Source: an uncultured Chlamydiae bacterium
GTDB taxonomy: Bacteria; Chlamydiota; Chlamydiia; Chlamydiales; JAJFMB01
Length of the DNA stretch: 64,000 bases
Assembly (NCBI GenBank): GCA_963696295.1
Contig: CAVOJR010000001.1
Coordinates: forward strand, 2,208,001 to 2,272,000
Direction of reading: 5' to 3'
Shown here: piece after piece, positions 1 through 10,450 of the stretch
How the letters are laid out: each line of letters begins with the position of its first letter
How positions within the stretch are numbered: position 1 is the first letter of the stretch
Position numbers and translations under genes: made by a program
The notes under the pieces: generated by a model
The model's database searches: none
Told to the model about the DNA's origin: nothing
The model's input: the letters and a program-made list of their open reading frames with translations, nothing else

Positions 1-374
1 TCAATGCTCTTGTTTGTGGAAACATCCAGATCATGTTCTCTTTAAAAAGGATCTATTTCGACTATGGTGTAGGCTATTTTGGCGCTGTAGAACATGTGGC
101 TCCAACGCGCTTTAAGAGTGTGATGCGCGCTTGGGAACGTCATAAATTAGATGTGGCAGGGGCCCAATATTATATCCTGCACATTGGCTTGGACGTAGAG
201 CATTCTCAAGGGTGGATGGATAATGTGATCGCTCCGAGAATGCTCCAAAATTCAGAGTCTATAAAAAATATGACTAAAGGAGTTTTGTATCGGTTGGAGA
301 GCTCCCGGATGTACTTGGATTCCATACGCGACAAATTCCCGAGCGTACGTAATTTGGCGGCGTCATGGAGCTAA
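1..374 (+). CDS. Iron-containing redox enzyme / heme-oxygenase-like diiron oxidase (HDO) family protein, 5'-truncated by the window edge
   Basis: Frame is open from base 3 (NALVCGNIQIMFSLK...). Contains G.FGAVE...YYILHIGLDVEHSQGW, matching the E...H..xD..H..W ligand pattern of HDO-like proteins. Overlaps the next start. Confidence 0.7.
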   Translation, partial: NALVCGNIQIMFSLKRIYFDYGVGYFGAVEHVAPTRFKSVMRAWERHKLDVAGAQYYILHIGLDVEHSQGWMDNVIAPRMLQNSESIKNMTKGVLYRLESSRMYLDSIRDKFPSVRNLAASWS

Positions 375-1621
375 AGAAGTCTGAAGACTTATTCAAAAGA
401 GCTTGTGTGAATATTCCGGCGGGAGTCAGTTCTCCCGTGCGCAAATTTTCAGAAGTTAAAACCCCACCTTTATTTATTGCCAAAGGAGAAGGGGCTTTTG
501 TTTATGATGAGGACGGAAATCGCTATATTGATTTTATGAACGGGCTTGGTCCGGTAATTTTAGGGCATGCCCATCCGGCCGTTTGTTCGGCCATTGAAAA
601 ACAGGCCAGGCGGGGGATTGTCTTTGCAGCCTCAACGCAGCTGGAAATAGAGCTGGCGGAAAAAATTGTCGCCAGCTCCCCTTGCCTGGAACAAATAAGA
701 TTTGTGTGCAGCGGAACTGAGGCTGTGATGTCTGCCGTGAGGCTGGCCAAGCACTACACAAAACGAACTAAGTTTGTGAAATTTGAAGGTTCCTACCATG
801 GACACGCCGATGCGCTCCTCGGCAAGGGGGGAAATGCCAGCCGGGGAGGAGGAGTTGACGCCCACATTCATGAAAACACTTTAATGTGCGAATACAATAA
901 CCCTAATGAGCTGGAACAGCTTTTTAAGAAGGAGGGCGATAAGATCGCGGCCGTGTTGATCGAGCCATACGCGAGTAACATGGGTCTCGTAAAGCCGGTT
1001 GATGATTTTATAAAAAAAGCAAGAGACCTTTGTACTGCTTACGGCGCCCTATTAATCTTTGATGAGGTAGTAACCGGCTTTAGAATGACCTACGGGAGCG
1101 TGGCAAACATGGTCGACGTAACGCCGGACCTGGTGGTCTTTGGGAAAATCATCGGCGGCGGCACTCCTATTGGCGCTTATGGGGGAAAGAAAGAGATCAT
1201 GCAGGAGATTGAAACCGGCGGGACTTTCCAGGGGGGCACCTTTGCTGCAAACCCTTTGACCATGGCTGCCGGTATCGCGACCTTGGATGTATTAAAGAAT
1301 GAACCTGTCTATGAACACATTAATTCCCTTGGCACTTTGTTAAATTCGCAGCTGAATGCGATTTTTGCAAAAAAAAGGCTAGGATATTTTTCCGATTATG
1401 CCGGCTCCTTAGTCTCCCTCATCTTTTGCCCGATTCCCGCTATGAAAAACCTCAAAGACACCCATTCTCAAAATAGGGAGGTATTTTCAGATCTTCATTT
1501 CTTTTTAGCCAAAAAGGGTGTTCTGCTGGCCCCATCGATTCATGAACCTCTTTTTATATCCTACGCCCATAGAAAAGAACATATCAACACATTGGCACAA
1601 GCCATTGAAGATTTTTTTTAG
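365..1621 (+). CDS. hemL: Class III PLP aminotransferase, glutamate-1-semialdehyde aminomutase-like (context suggests a biosynthetic paralogue)
   Basis: IPAGVSSPVR, YHGHAD, FDEVVTGFR, GKIIGGG (PLP lysine), GTFAANP. Confidence 0.8.
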   Translation: MELKKSEDLFKRACVNIPAGVSSPVRKFSEVKTPPLFIAKGEGAFVYDEDGNRYIDFMNGLGPVILGHAHPAVCSAIEKQARRGIVFAASTQLEIELAEKIVASSPCLEQIRFVCSGTEAVMSAVRLAKHYTKRTKFVKFEGSYHGHADALLGKGGNASRGGGVDAHIHENTLMCEYNNPNELEQLFKKEGDKIAAVLIEPYASNMGLVKPVDDFIKKARDLCTAYGALLIFDEVVTGFRMTYGSVANMVDVTPDLVVFGKIIGGGTPIGAYGGKKEIMQEIETGGTFQGGTFAANPLTMAAGIATLDVLKNEPVYEHINSLGTLLNSQLNAIFAKKRLGYFSDYAGSLVSLIFCPIPAMKNLKDTHSQNREVFSDLHFFLAKKGVLLAPSIHEPLFISYAHRKEHINTLAQAIEDFF

Positions 1622-4411
1622 ATGAAAGATTTAGCTATCAAATTAGGGACGACACGTGAGTTTTATGAGAAACCCATTATAAAACTTATTGAAGAACAGG
1701 CCTTAAATAAGATAGCTGTTTATTATGAGAATAAAGAATACACCTATCAGGATCTCATAAACAAATCGAATTCTTTGGCTCAAGAGCTTCTGGGCATGGG
1801 CGCGCAGCCGCAGATGATCATTCCTGTCTTTATGCGGGGCGGATTTAAGTACATCGTTTCATTGTTAGCCTGCCTAAAGCTGAACTGCATTTTTGTTCCT
1901 TTGGATCCGGCCTGGCCTGAGGAGAGAATTAAGAGGTTATTGGATAATTTAGAGTTCAGGTTTCTTCTGACCGATCAAAAAACGCAAAATGGGGTCTATG
2001 TCGATGACGCCATAAAAAGCGCCGAACCTGTCTCCCTTTTATCTAAACCCACCGATCTCATTTACGGTCTTTATACCTCCGGGACCACAGGGGAGCCGAA
2101 ATGCGCCCTCAATTACCACAAAGGGGTGCTCAACAGGCTGATCTATATGAATCGCCGGTTTGGAATTAAAGAGAACGACGTCATATTGCAAAATAGCAGC
2201 ATCGCCTTTGATTCCTCCCTGTGGCAAATATTTTGGCCATTGATTAATGGGCTGTCAGTCGTTTTACCCGGCAGTTCCGGCTATAATCTTATAGAGCGCC
2301 TTGAGATTATTGAAAGATACAAAGTAACCTTTACCGATTTTGTTCCTACCATTTTTAATAGTTTGGTAAATTACCTGCAGTATGATAAACATGATTTAAA
2401 ATCTTTGAGAACAATTCTTATTGGTGGAGAAGAGGTCTCGAATAGAGACGTTAAGCTATTTAAACAATATTATCCGGAAGTAGATTTAGTAAACACTTAC
2501 GGTCACACCGAAAACTCAATTGGTTCTATTTTTCATTCGATTCAAGCATCAGAGATGAATGGAAAAATACCCTTGGGCACCCCTATTGATAATACCTTTG
2601 CTTTGATTCTGGATAATGAAGGGGGAATTGCCGCTAAAAACACCTTGGGTGAGATAGCCATTGGCGGCGAATGCCTCGGTGCGGGATATTATAAGAACGA
2701 CAAGCAGACGGCCAAAGCCTATATTGAGGTTGAGTGCGGGTCATTGGGGCGGCAACGAGTCTATAAAACCGGGGATTTTGGGTATCTATCTGGCGAATTG
2801 CTATATTTCTCAGGCAGGGAAGATGAACAATTCAAAATAAACGGCATCCGTATAGATTCTCAAGAATTAACGGATTCGATTTGCCGGTTTGAGGGTGTGA
2901 GTCAGGCTTGCCTGTTGTTATCAGGCGAGAAAAAATTTATTATTTGCGCGCTTGTGTTGCGAGAAAACACCGTCTTCGACCAGAAGAAGCTGCAGGATAT
3001 TCTTTCGGACAAATTTCCAAAGGCTATCCTGCCCAAGGAATACCACATTTTCCCTGAATTTCCAACCAGCCACAATGGCAAGCTCGATAAAAAGGCCATT
3101 CTTGCGGCGATAAACCTGAAGAAAAAGAGTATTAACTCTGATCTGTTGAAAGGGATCTGGGAACAGGTTTTAAATAGGGCAATATCGGATGAAGAGAGCG
3201 ATTTTTTTGAATCAGGGGGTGATTCCTTAGACGTAGTCAGGCTGGCTTGTATTATAAATGCGACATACAATATTAAAGTATCAGTTTCAGAGTTATTAGA
3301 AAATTCGACTTTAAAATCGCAGAGAAACTTAATAGATACCGGTTTCTCGCAAAAGAAATCTTTTCTCCCGATCCTCGAAGAGGATATAAAAATAAATCTT
3401 CCAAGAGATATTCTGATGATTGGCGGCAACGGTTTTATCGGCATTCATATTCTGTCTGAAATTTTAAAAAGTGATAAAACCGTCCATTGTATTATTCGGG
3501 CTTCGACCCATCAAGAAGCAGCGGATAAATTAATTGCCGCAGCAAAAAAGTACCAATTAGACAACGTGATTAATGCGCCGAACATAAAAATCATTCCTGG
3601 CGATATAGCTAAGGAAGAGGTGTTTGAAGGCCTTTCGGTCGATACTGTGTATAACTGCTCGGGTGTTGTTAACTTTACGGCGGACTATGCTTATCACCGG
3701 GGAATCAATGTATTAGCCTTGAAAAATATTATCCGGTTTTGCCACCGGACAAAGGCCAAATTGAACCATATTTCGACATTGTCAGTGTTTCTTAATCATG
3801 GAGAAGTAAATATTTCCGAGGAGACCCTCCCGGTTTTGAATGGAGAGGAGGATGGTTATAATGCTTCAAAGATCGCCGGCGAGCTGCTCTGTCAGGAAGC
3901 AAAAAAACAGGGAGTCAAAATCAATATTTTCCGCGTCGGCGAAGCTATGCCGCATAGTAAATTGAGTATCAGGCATGAGAAATCTTTTGCTCAAGGGATC
4001 CATGAATTTTTAATGTCGGAAAGACTGGTTCCAGGGGATATTGAGCGATATGATTACACTCCTGTCGATTTCATCGCATGGGTAATTGTTTTTCTACAAA
4101 ATAATTCGGCAAAAGATACTTTCAATATATTTAATAAAGAGGGGATTTGCTGCTCTGATTTAATTGCCATTTTAAAATGGGAAATGTGTTCCACGTCAGA
4201 TATAATTCTTAAATTAAAAGCCTCCACAAAATACAACTATATTTACGATATTTTACTATCAAGCGGAAAAAATATAGAAGAAGTATTTAAGAAGGCCTTG
4301 TCATTAACTATCAATAAATACAGTCAAGAAAATGGTGGAAATCCTTCTGCTAAAAATAATATCGACGCTTATTTAAATTTTGTCCATAATACTTGCACAG
4401 TTTGCAGTTAA
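1622..4411 (+). CDS. Stand-alone NRPS-like enzyme: adenylation-thiolation-reductase (A-T-R)
   Basis: YTSGTTGEPK, FDSS, NTYGHTE, GEIAIGGECLGAGY, YKTGD, NGKLDK (A domain); FFESGGDSL (PCP serine); IGGNGFIG and YNASK (SDR-type thioester reductase). ATG directly follows the upstream stop. Confidence 0.9.
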   Translation: MKDLAIKLGTTREFYEKPIIKLIEEQALNKIAVYYENKEYTYQDLINKSNSLAQELLGMGAQPQMIIPVFMRGGFKYIVSLLACLKLNCIFVPLDPAWPEERIKRLLDNLEFRFLLTDQKTQNGVYVDDAIKSAEPVSLLSKPTDLIYGLYTSGTTGEPKCALNYHKGVLNRLIYMNRRFGIKENDVILQNSSIAFDSSLWQIFWPLINGLSVVLPGSSGYNLIERLEIIERYKVTFTDFVPTIFNSLVNYLQYDKHDLKSLRTILIGGEEVSNRDVKLFKQYYPEVDLVNTYGHTENSIGSIFHSIQASEMNGKIPLGTPIDNTFALILDNEGGIAAKNTLGEIAIGGECLGAGYYKNDKQTAKAYIEVECGSLGRQRVYKTGDFGYLSGELLYFSGREDEQFKINGIRIDSQELTDSICRFEGVSQACLLLSGEKKFIICALVLRENTVFDQKKLQDILSDKFPKAILPKEYHIFPEFPTSHNGKLDKKAILAAINLKKKSINSDLLKGIWEQVLNRAISDEESDFFESGGDSLDVVRLACIINATYNIKVSVSELLENSTLKSQRNLIDTGFSQKKSFLPILEEDIKINLPRDILMIGGNGFIGIHILSEILKSDKTVHCIIRASTHQEAADKLIAAAKKYQLDNVINAPNIKIIPGDIAKEEVFEGLSVDTVYNCSGVVNFTADYAYHRGINVLALKNIIRFCHRTKAKLNHISTLSVFLNHGEVNISEETLPVLNGEEDGYNASKIAGELLCQEAKKQGVKINIFRVGEAMPHSKLSIRHEKSFAQGIHEFLMSERLVPGDIERYDYTPVDFIAWVIVFLQNNSAKDTFNIFNKEGICCSDLIAILKWEMCSTSDIILKLKASTKYNYIYDILLSSGKNIEEVFKKALSLTINKYSQENGGNPSAKNNIDAYLNFVHNTCTVCS

Positions 4412-4429
4412 AAATTTATGGGCTTATTT

Positions 4430-6277
4430 ATGAAAAAAATCATTTTGTTTCTTTCTATAATTTTATTTTTATACCCAAACAACTTGAAGAGTTGGGAATT
4501 GGGCAAGGAGGTTCCTTCAATTTTTTGTCCGGAGCGAGTGACCATTGCCGGTAGGCAAGGCACGAGTGAGGACGAAAAATTGAAGGAAAAACCGACGAAG
4601 ACCAAAACCAACTCTTCAAGTTGTTTGGGTATACATGCGACGGATAGAAAACTTGAGAGTTTTTACCGGATTGAAGGGGATAACCTTATAAATTATCAGG
4701 GTGTGATATTTCCAAAAATAGCGTTCCATGATTCTCTACATGAAGATCTCTGCTTTGTCTTAAAGGATCCCGACCAGGCCAATATCATTCATAAAGCCTA
4801 TTTGACTCATATTCTTCCTAATTTATCGGGCGATATTACCTTCTTTTCCAATGCCCTCCTCAAAGTATGCGTCTTGTTTGGTTCAACTCGCTTCTCGCCG
4901 GAAAATTCTCTCATCGCCGCTTTAAGCGAAGAGGGACCGGCGGCTGTCCACTGGTTAAATCAAAACCGTAACTGTTTGAATGCCTTCCTTTCCGATGCCA
5001 ATCAACCGGCATGCCCCTATGCAGCCCCGCCAAAGGGTTCTTCCCCTTTTACCGTAGCGATCCTGACTACATCAGCTAGCGGAGGCAACCACTCAGTGAC
5101 TATGGCAATCCAGCGTTTTTTGTCTTCCTCTACTTCGATCGAGTGTGTGGTTATCGATGTGGAAAAGATTGCCAAAGAGTCTGATCCGATAATGCTTGCC
5201 ACCGGATGCCTCACTTATGACGGCATTTATGCCGAGATGTTTCAGCAGTCTAATTGTGGCATGGATGTTTTGTTCATGCGGGATGACTTAAGCAAGGAGC
5301 TTGGGAAATATATCCCCTCTTGTCTTGGTTTAAAACTTAAAAAAACTATTAGGGAGCTGCATCCGGATTTGATTCTTTCCACCAGAAGCTACACTATCGA
5401 TGATATTCCTCTTTGTACGCTTGGCATCCCTTTCAGGATGATCCATTGCGATTATGAGCTTTCGTATTTCTTAATGAATCTTTATGGAAAGGTAAATCCA
5501 GAAATGTTGAAATTTTGGCTGCCGAGCCTCGAATCTCAACTCTTTCGCCCGCTTTTTATAAAAGAGAATCGCTTAGACCTTTATGATGAACAAGATAGTT
5601 TTGATAAGATCTCTGAAAAAATCAGCCTGATGACAGGGCGGCCTCTCGAGGAGATCCAAGGTCAATTTGAGCTTTTGGGCTATCCTGTCTGCCCCGAATT
5701 TTATCCTATTGAGAAGGAAGAAGAGCTCCATGAACTAAGGAAGAAATGGAACCTTCAGAAGGATGAAATTCCCGTGCTGGTTTCTATGGGCAAAAATGGC
5801 GTGGGTGTTCTTGAGGAGATTTTTGATCAGCTTAAGGATACACGTTTTCCAATAAAGTATTTTTTTGTGTGCGGCCGGAACTTGAAGCTAAAAGAGCGGC
5901 TGGAGCAAAAGGCTTTAGGTAATGACCGGTTTGCCATTTGCGGACTGCTCTCGCTGCAAGAGATGAACGAACTGATGAATCTTTGCACCGTAAAAATAAC
6001 AAAACCTGGCGGATCGTTGACTTCTGAGGCTTTTATCACTCACACTTATTTACTTATGATGTGCTCCCACCCTTGGGAAGAGGCTAATGGCTCAAAAGTG
6101 GAAAGGATGGGTTTTGGCCAGCGCGTTCAAGCAGACAGAACTCTTTCTCAACAAGTTGAGGAGTGTATTGAAAAGGCGGGCCATCTGAAGAGATTATCTG
6201 ATAACAAAGAGGAGTGGAAGGGATTATTGTTAGATAAAATTACTAAAAAAATGGGGGATTCTGTATACGAGGGTTAA
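4430..6277 (+). CDS. GT-B glycosyltransferase, MGDG-synthase/UgtP (GT28)-like, with N-terminal signal-peptide-like extension
   Basis: TTSASGGNH, VCGRN..LK, ITKPGGSLTSEA, PWEEAN motifs; N-terminus MKKIILFLSIILFLY. Confidence 0.7.
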   Translation: MKKIILFLSIILFLYPNNLKSWELGKEVPSIFCPERVTIAGRQGTSEDEKLKEKPTKTKTNSSSCLGIHATDRKLESFYRIEGDNLINYQGVIFPKIAFHDSLHEDLCFVLKDPDQANIIHKAYLTHILPNLSGDITFFSNALLKVCVLFGSTRFSPENSLIAALSEEGPAAVHWLNQNRNCLNAFLSDANQPACPYAAPPKGSSPFTVAILTTSASGGNHSVTMAIQRFLSSSTSIECVVIDVEKIAKESDPIMLATGCLTYDGIYAEMFQQSNCGMDVLFMRDDLSKELGKYIPSCLGLKLKKTIRELHPDLILSTRSYTIDDIPLCTLGIPFRMIHCDYELSYFLMNLYGKVNPEMLKFWLPSLESQLFRPLFIKENRLDLYDEQDSFDKISEKISLMTGRPLEEIQGQFELLGYPVCPEFYPIEKEEELHELRKKWNLQKDEIPVLVSMGKNGVGVLEEIFDQLKDTRFPIKYFFVCGRNLKLKERLEQKALGNDRFAICGLLSLQEMNELMNLCTVKITKPGGSLTSEAFITHTYLLMMCSHPWEEANGSKVERMGFGQRVQADRTLSQQVEECIEKAGHLKRLSDNKEEWKGLLLDKITKKMGDSVYEG

Positions 6278-6291
6278 ATGAGGGGAATATC

Positions 6292-7260
6292 ATGCCGGAT
6301 AAGTCGTGGTCCATCGGAGTTGATCTCGGTGGAACTAAAATCAAAATGGCCATCGTCGATAGTGGGGGTAACTTAGTCGAATGCATCGTCAAACCAACCG
6401 ATGCCAAAGGGGGACACCTCGCTATTGAAAAACAAATAGTAGCTGGTGTTGAAGAACTTAAAGCAAAAAGAAACTTCTCTCCCAAAGGGGTGGGTATCGG
6501 TGTGGCCGGTCAGATCGATCCCGAAAGCGGGATGGTCCATTTCGCCCCGAATTTACCCGGCTGGAAAGAAATACCCTTCAAGGATAACCTGGAAAAAAAA
6601 CTGGGCATCCCGGTGGCTGTCCTCAATGACGTGCGCGCGGCTACCTGGGGAGAGTGGATGCATGGCGCAGGCCAGGGGTGCAATGATTTTGTGTGTGTGT
6701 TCCTTGGCACCGGTATCGGCGGCGGCGTGGTCAGCGACGGCAAGATGCTCATCGGCTGCAGCAATAGCGCCGGGGAATTCGGCCATATGACGATAGATAT
6801 GTACGGCCCTCTCTGCACGTGTGGAAACAGAGGCTGCTTTGAGGCCCTTGCCGGTGGATGGGCTATCGGCCGAAGCGCAAGAGAGGCTGCGCTTTCGGCG
6901 CCGGAAGCTGCTAAGCCTATGCTGCAAATGGTACAGGGCGATGAAAAAGAGCTCACGGCAAAAATTGTGATCGAAGCCGCCAAAAATGGGGATCCTCTGG
7001 CGCAAGAATTGTTAGACAAAGTGTTCGAAGCTATCATCGCAGGAACAGTCGGCCTTATCAACGCCTTTAATCCGCGCCGCTTAATTTTTGGCGGGGGTCT
7101 CGCCGAGGGTTTATCGACTGTCACCGAGGTAGTGGATGCCGCAGTGCGCGGAAGAGCGCTCAAAGCGGCCACCGACCCCTTGGAAGTGGTTTCTGCCAAA
7201 TTGGGCAATGATGCCCCGGTGATCGGAGCGGCTACTTATATTACCCGGAAAAGCAGGTAA
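6292..7260 (+). CDS. ROK family sugar kinase (glucokinase-like)
   Basis: GVDLGGT, NDVRAA, GTGIGGG, GEFGH, CTCGNRGCFE. Confidence 0.9.
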   Translation: MPDKSWSIGVDLGGTKIKMAIVDSGGNLVECIVKPTDAKGGHLAIEKQIVAGVEELKAKRNFSPKGVGIGVAGQIDPESGMVHFAPNLPGWKEIPFKDNLEKKLGIPVAVLNDVRAATWGEWMHGAGQGCNDFVCVFLGTGIGGGVVSDGKMLIGCSNSAGEFGHMTIDMYGPLCTCGNRGCFEALAGGWAIGRSAREAALSAPEAAKPMLQMVQGDEKELTAKIVIEAAKNGDPLAQELLDKVFEAIIAGTVGLINAFNPRRLIFGGGLAEGLSTVTEVVDAAVRGRALKAATDPLEVVSAKLGNDAPVIGAATYITRKSR

Positions 7261-7261
7261 A

Positions 7262-7861
7262 ATGAGTATTAAAGGCATCTACGCAGATATCGGCGGCGTA
7301 CTCTTGACAAATGGTTGGGACACCTCTTCCAGGAAGAAAGCCGCCAGCCGGTTCGGGTTTGATTTTGATGGGATGAATGCGCGGCACAACCTGATGTTCG
7401 GCGCTCATGAGCTTGGCAAGATCAGCCTGGATGCCTATCTGGATTATGTGGTCTTTAACGAGAAAAGGGACTTTTCGAAAGAGGCGTTCAAACAATTCAT
7501 GTTAGACCAATCACAGCCGCATCAGGAGATGCTTGACTTGATCCGCTCCTTGAAAATGAAGCACGGTTTAAAAATCGGGCTTATCAGCAATGAAGGGCGG
7601 GAGCTTACCGAGCACCGGGTGAAATGGGTCAAGGAATTTGCTGACTTCATTTGCGTCTCTTGCTTTGTGGGAATGAAAAAACCCGATCCCGCGATCTTCC
7701 ATTTGGCCCTCGATTTGGGGCAAATCCCCCCGCACGAAATCGTTTATATCGACGACCGGGAGTTATTAGTCAAAATGGCAATTTCCTTGGGGATGAAGGG
7801 GTTACATCATACGAGCTATGAAAAGACAAAGCAGGAATTCAAGTCTCTTAATCTTTCGTAA
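7262..7861 (+). CDS. HAD-superfamily phosphatase
   Basis: DIGGVL motif I, ISN, KKPDPAIF, YIDD. Confidence 0.85.
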   Translation: MSIKGIYADIGGVLLTNGWDTSSRKKAASRFGFDFDGMNARHNLMFGAHELGKISLDAYLDYVVFNEKRDFSKEAFKQFMLDQSQPHQEMLDLIRSLKMKHGLKIGLISNEGRELTEHRVKWVKEFADFICVSCFVGMKKPDPAIFHLALDLGQIPPHEIVYIDDRELLVKMAISLGMKGLHHTSYEKTKQEFKSLNLS

Positions 7862-9044
7862 TGCGCCTTTTAACCTGTTTGGTGATGAACTTTTTCTTCG
7901 GCTCAGGCTTGCTTTGTTCCGGCTTTATAATGCGCTTTACCGGAGGCTTTTTCGGAGCTTTTTTTGGCTCTTCAACTTTTTTAACTGCCTTCGCCTTGGT
8001 TTGTGTGGAAACAGTGTGGCCGCTCAATTTTTTCTCGGCGATTTCCTCATCTTCTTCCTCTTCCTCTTCATCGGCTTCGAATTCTTTTAGAATCTCTTCC
8101 TCATGCTCCAGCATCTTTTGCAGCGAAGGCTTGGTTTTTTTCCCGATCGACTGCTCCTCCTGAACCCAGCGGCTCGAGATGGTGCGCAAAGTTGCGAGTT
8201 TCTCATTCAATGATTTTAAACTGACATCCAAATCATCTTTTTGAAGCATCTGCCTGCCTGCGAGGAACGACTCTTCAGTGTCGAATTTGGAGGAGAATGT
8301 CCAGGCGGTTGCGGCATTGATATCGGGGACAAAGAGAAAGGGGCGGATGGTCGGCGGAATTGTCGTATAAATATCCACCGTGTATTGAGGTTCCATCTCC
8401 AGTTTGGTCGCCTGCTTGGGGGGACGCCCTCTTTTGGGACGGGGATTCAGCGCTTCGTTGGAGTAGTAGGTTTTAGCCTTGGATATCAATGTTTTACGCG
8501 CATTCAGAATATCTTTTCCCACTTTGGCTTCAAAAAGAGTTTGTTTGATTTTCTCAATCAGCGATTTGGTCAGGTCGATATCCTCTTCAAAAACAAACTG
8601 TATATTGTGCTGCCTCAGCCATTCGATGATCCGGATCCGGGAGCGTTCCTGGTAGTATTGCTGCCACTTTTCAAATTCGGTGTGATGATCGTAGATAAAC
8701 TCCAGAAAATTTTCTCTGGCTTCCTTGGACTGGATAATTTCAATCAATTTTTCCTTGGTGTCGATATCGTATACTTTTTCATGGACAAAGCCCTCCATGA
8801 TTTTTTTCGTTTCATAATAGGTGAATTTAGGAATGAGAAAATACCGGCCGGGATTTTCAAGGATCTCATTCTCCAGGGCGTCGATTTCAGTCTGATCCTT
8901 ATCCAGATCGGCGTAGAGAATGAACCCTTCGACTTTGTCGAGATGGAAATCTCTTTCATCATTCGATTTGGCAAACGCTTCCATCAGACGGTGGCAGTTG
9001 AGAATTAGGGGGTTTTGTGCTTCAGGGTAATTTTTTTTACTCAT
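7848..9044 (-). CDS. UPF0158 family protein (chlamydial CT429-like)
   Basis: N-terminus QNPLIL..RLMEAFAKSNDERDFHLD; position after dapF as in chlamydiae; acidic and Lys-rich tail. Confidence 0.75.
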   Translation of the reverse strand: MSKKNYPEAQNPLILNCHRLMEAFAKSNDERDFHLDKVEGFILYADLDKDQTEIDALENEILENPGRYFLIPKFTYYETKKIMEGFVHEKVYDIDTKEKLIEIIQSKEARENFLEFIYDHHTEFEKWQQYYQERSRIRIIEWLRQHNIQFVFEEDIDLTKSLIEKIKQTLFEAKVGKDILNARKTLISKAKTYYSNEALNPRPKRGRPPKQATKLEMEPQYTVDIYTTIPPTIRPFLFVPDINAATAWTFSSKFDTEESFLAGRQMLQKDDLDVSLKSLNEKLATLRTISSRWVQEEQSIGKKTKPSLQKMLEHEEEILKEFEADEEEEEEDEEIAEKKLSGHTVSTQTKAKAVKKVEEPKKAPKKPPVKRIIKPEQSKPEPKKKFITKQVKRRITKD

Positions 9045-9084
9045 ATATCATCCGGGGTTGTTGGGAGTATTGTACAAAAACAGT

Positions 9085-9843
9085 TCAATTGTTTCTAGTA
9101 CAAACATCAGCCGATACCAGCTTAGCCGGACCGGTTAATATCACATTTTCTTTTTGAATTTCGACGAAAAGCGCCTCTCCCGAGCTGGGTATGATCTTGA
9201 CCGGCAGATTGATCCCATGGAAAAAGCGGGCGGCCACGGCGACGGCCACGGTGCCGGTCCCGCAGGCGCCGGTTTCCCCCTCCACCCCTCTTTCATAAGT
9301 GCGCATATGGAGAACCTCCCCCAATTTGACAAAATTGACATTGGTCCCTTCAGGGGCGAATCTCTTGTGGCGGCGGATAAAAGGGGCGCGCTCCATCCAG
9401 GAGGGATCTTTGAGATTCTCCACAAAGAAAACGGCATGGGGGACGCCGGTATTTAAAAAAAAGCCTTCCAGATCGTCTATCTGAATTTTTTCGATCTTTC
9501 CGGGGAGAGGAACGGTCATAGAGATAAGCTCCCCTTCAACAGAAACGGGGCACAGGGCGTAGGCGGTTTCCACCAGGTAGTGGCTTTTACCCTGCATAAA
9601 TCTGACCGCGCAGCGCAGACCGTTGCCGCACATTTCCGCTTCCGTGCCGTCGGCATTGAATAAGCGCATCTTAAAATCGGCGCGATCCGACTTCTCGATC
9701 AGAATCAGACCGTCAGTGCCGTTTAATTGGCAAAGCAGGGTGGTTTGAGCGGCCAAATCGGCTTCATCGGTCACGATAAAGCGATTGCCGCAGCCGGAGT
9801 AGATCCCTCTAGTTGAGGTCTTTATAGGAGTTGACAATGCCAT
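9085..9843 (-). CDS. dapF: Diaminopimelate epimerase
   Basis: [32 protein letters not shown]; likely ATG at 9843, overlapping the clpP end. Confidence 0.9.
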   Translation of the reverse strand: MALSTPIKTSTRGIYSGCGNRFIVTDEADLAAQTTLLCQLNGTDGLILIEKSDRADFKMRLFNADGTEAEMCGNGLRCAVRFMQGKSHYLVETAYALCPVSVEGELISMTVPLPGKIEKIQIDDLEGFFLNTGVPHAVFFVENLKDPSWMERAPFIRRHKRFAPEGTNVNFVKLGEVLHMRTYERGVEGETGACGTGTVAVAVAARFFHGINLPVKIIPSSGEALFVEIQKENVILTGPAKLVSADVCTRNN

Positions 9844-10396
9844 CCAGCAATCCAAATTCGAGGGCTTCCTGAGCTGAGAGCCAAGTGTCGCGATCAATGG
9901 CTTTTTCAATTTCATCAAAATCTTTACCGGTGGCTTCCGTATAGATTCTTACAAGCGTATTTCGCGTCTTCAGCATCTCTTTGGCCTGAATTTCCAAATC
10001 GGTCGCCTGTCCTCTGATCACCCCGCCGATCAGCGGCTGGTGAATCATGATGCGGGAATTAGGGGTGGCAAAGCGCCGCTTGGGGCTGGCGCAAAGGGAT
10101 AAGACAGAGCCCATGGACGCGGCCAGGCCAGTGATCAGGGTGGTCACCGGCGAAGTGATCATTTTTACCTGATCCCAGATGGCAAAGCCGGCATCGACAG
10201 AACCGCCAGGGCTGTTAATAATGAACAGGATCGGCTTACCCGGCTCAGATAATTCCAGGTACCATAGTTTGCGGATGATGTCTTCGGCAGTGCTCGAATC
10301 TACGGCATCGGAAAGGAAGATACGCCTTGAGTCCAGGATGGCTTGATCGATTTTACTCTTAAGGTCGATATAAGGGGTATCATTGTTTTTTGGCAT
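9809..10396 (-). CDS. clpP: ATP-dependent Clp protease proteolytic subunit (ClpP1-type)
   Basis: [35 protein letters not shown]. Confidence 0.95.
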   Translation of the reverse strand: MPKNNDTPYIDLKSKIDQAILDSRRIFLSDAVDSSTAEDIIRKLWYLELSEPGKPILFIINSPGGSVDAGFAIWDQVKMITSPVTTLITGLAASMGSVLSLCASPKRRFATPNSRIMIHQPLIGGVIRGQATDLEIQAKEMLKTRNTLVRIYTEATGKDFDEIEKAIDRDTWLSAQEALEFGLLDGIVNSYKDLN

Positions 10397-10450
10397 TGCA
10401 GACTCCGTTTTTATGTGTAAGCCGTATTATGAAAGTTTGCGTCCCATTTT

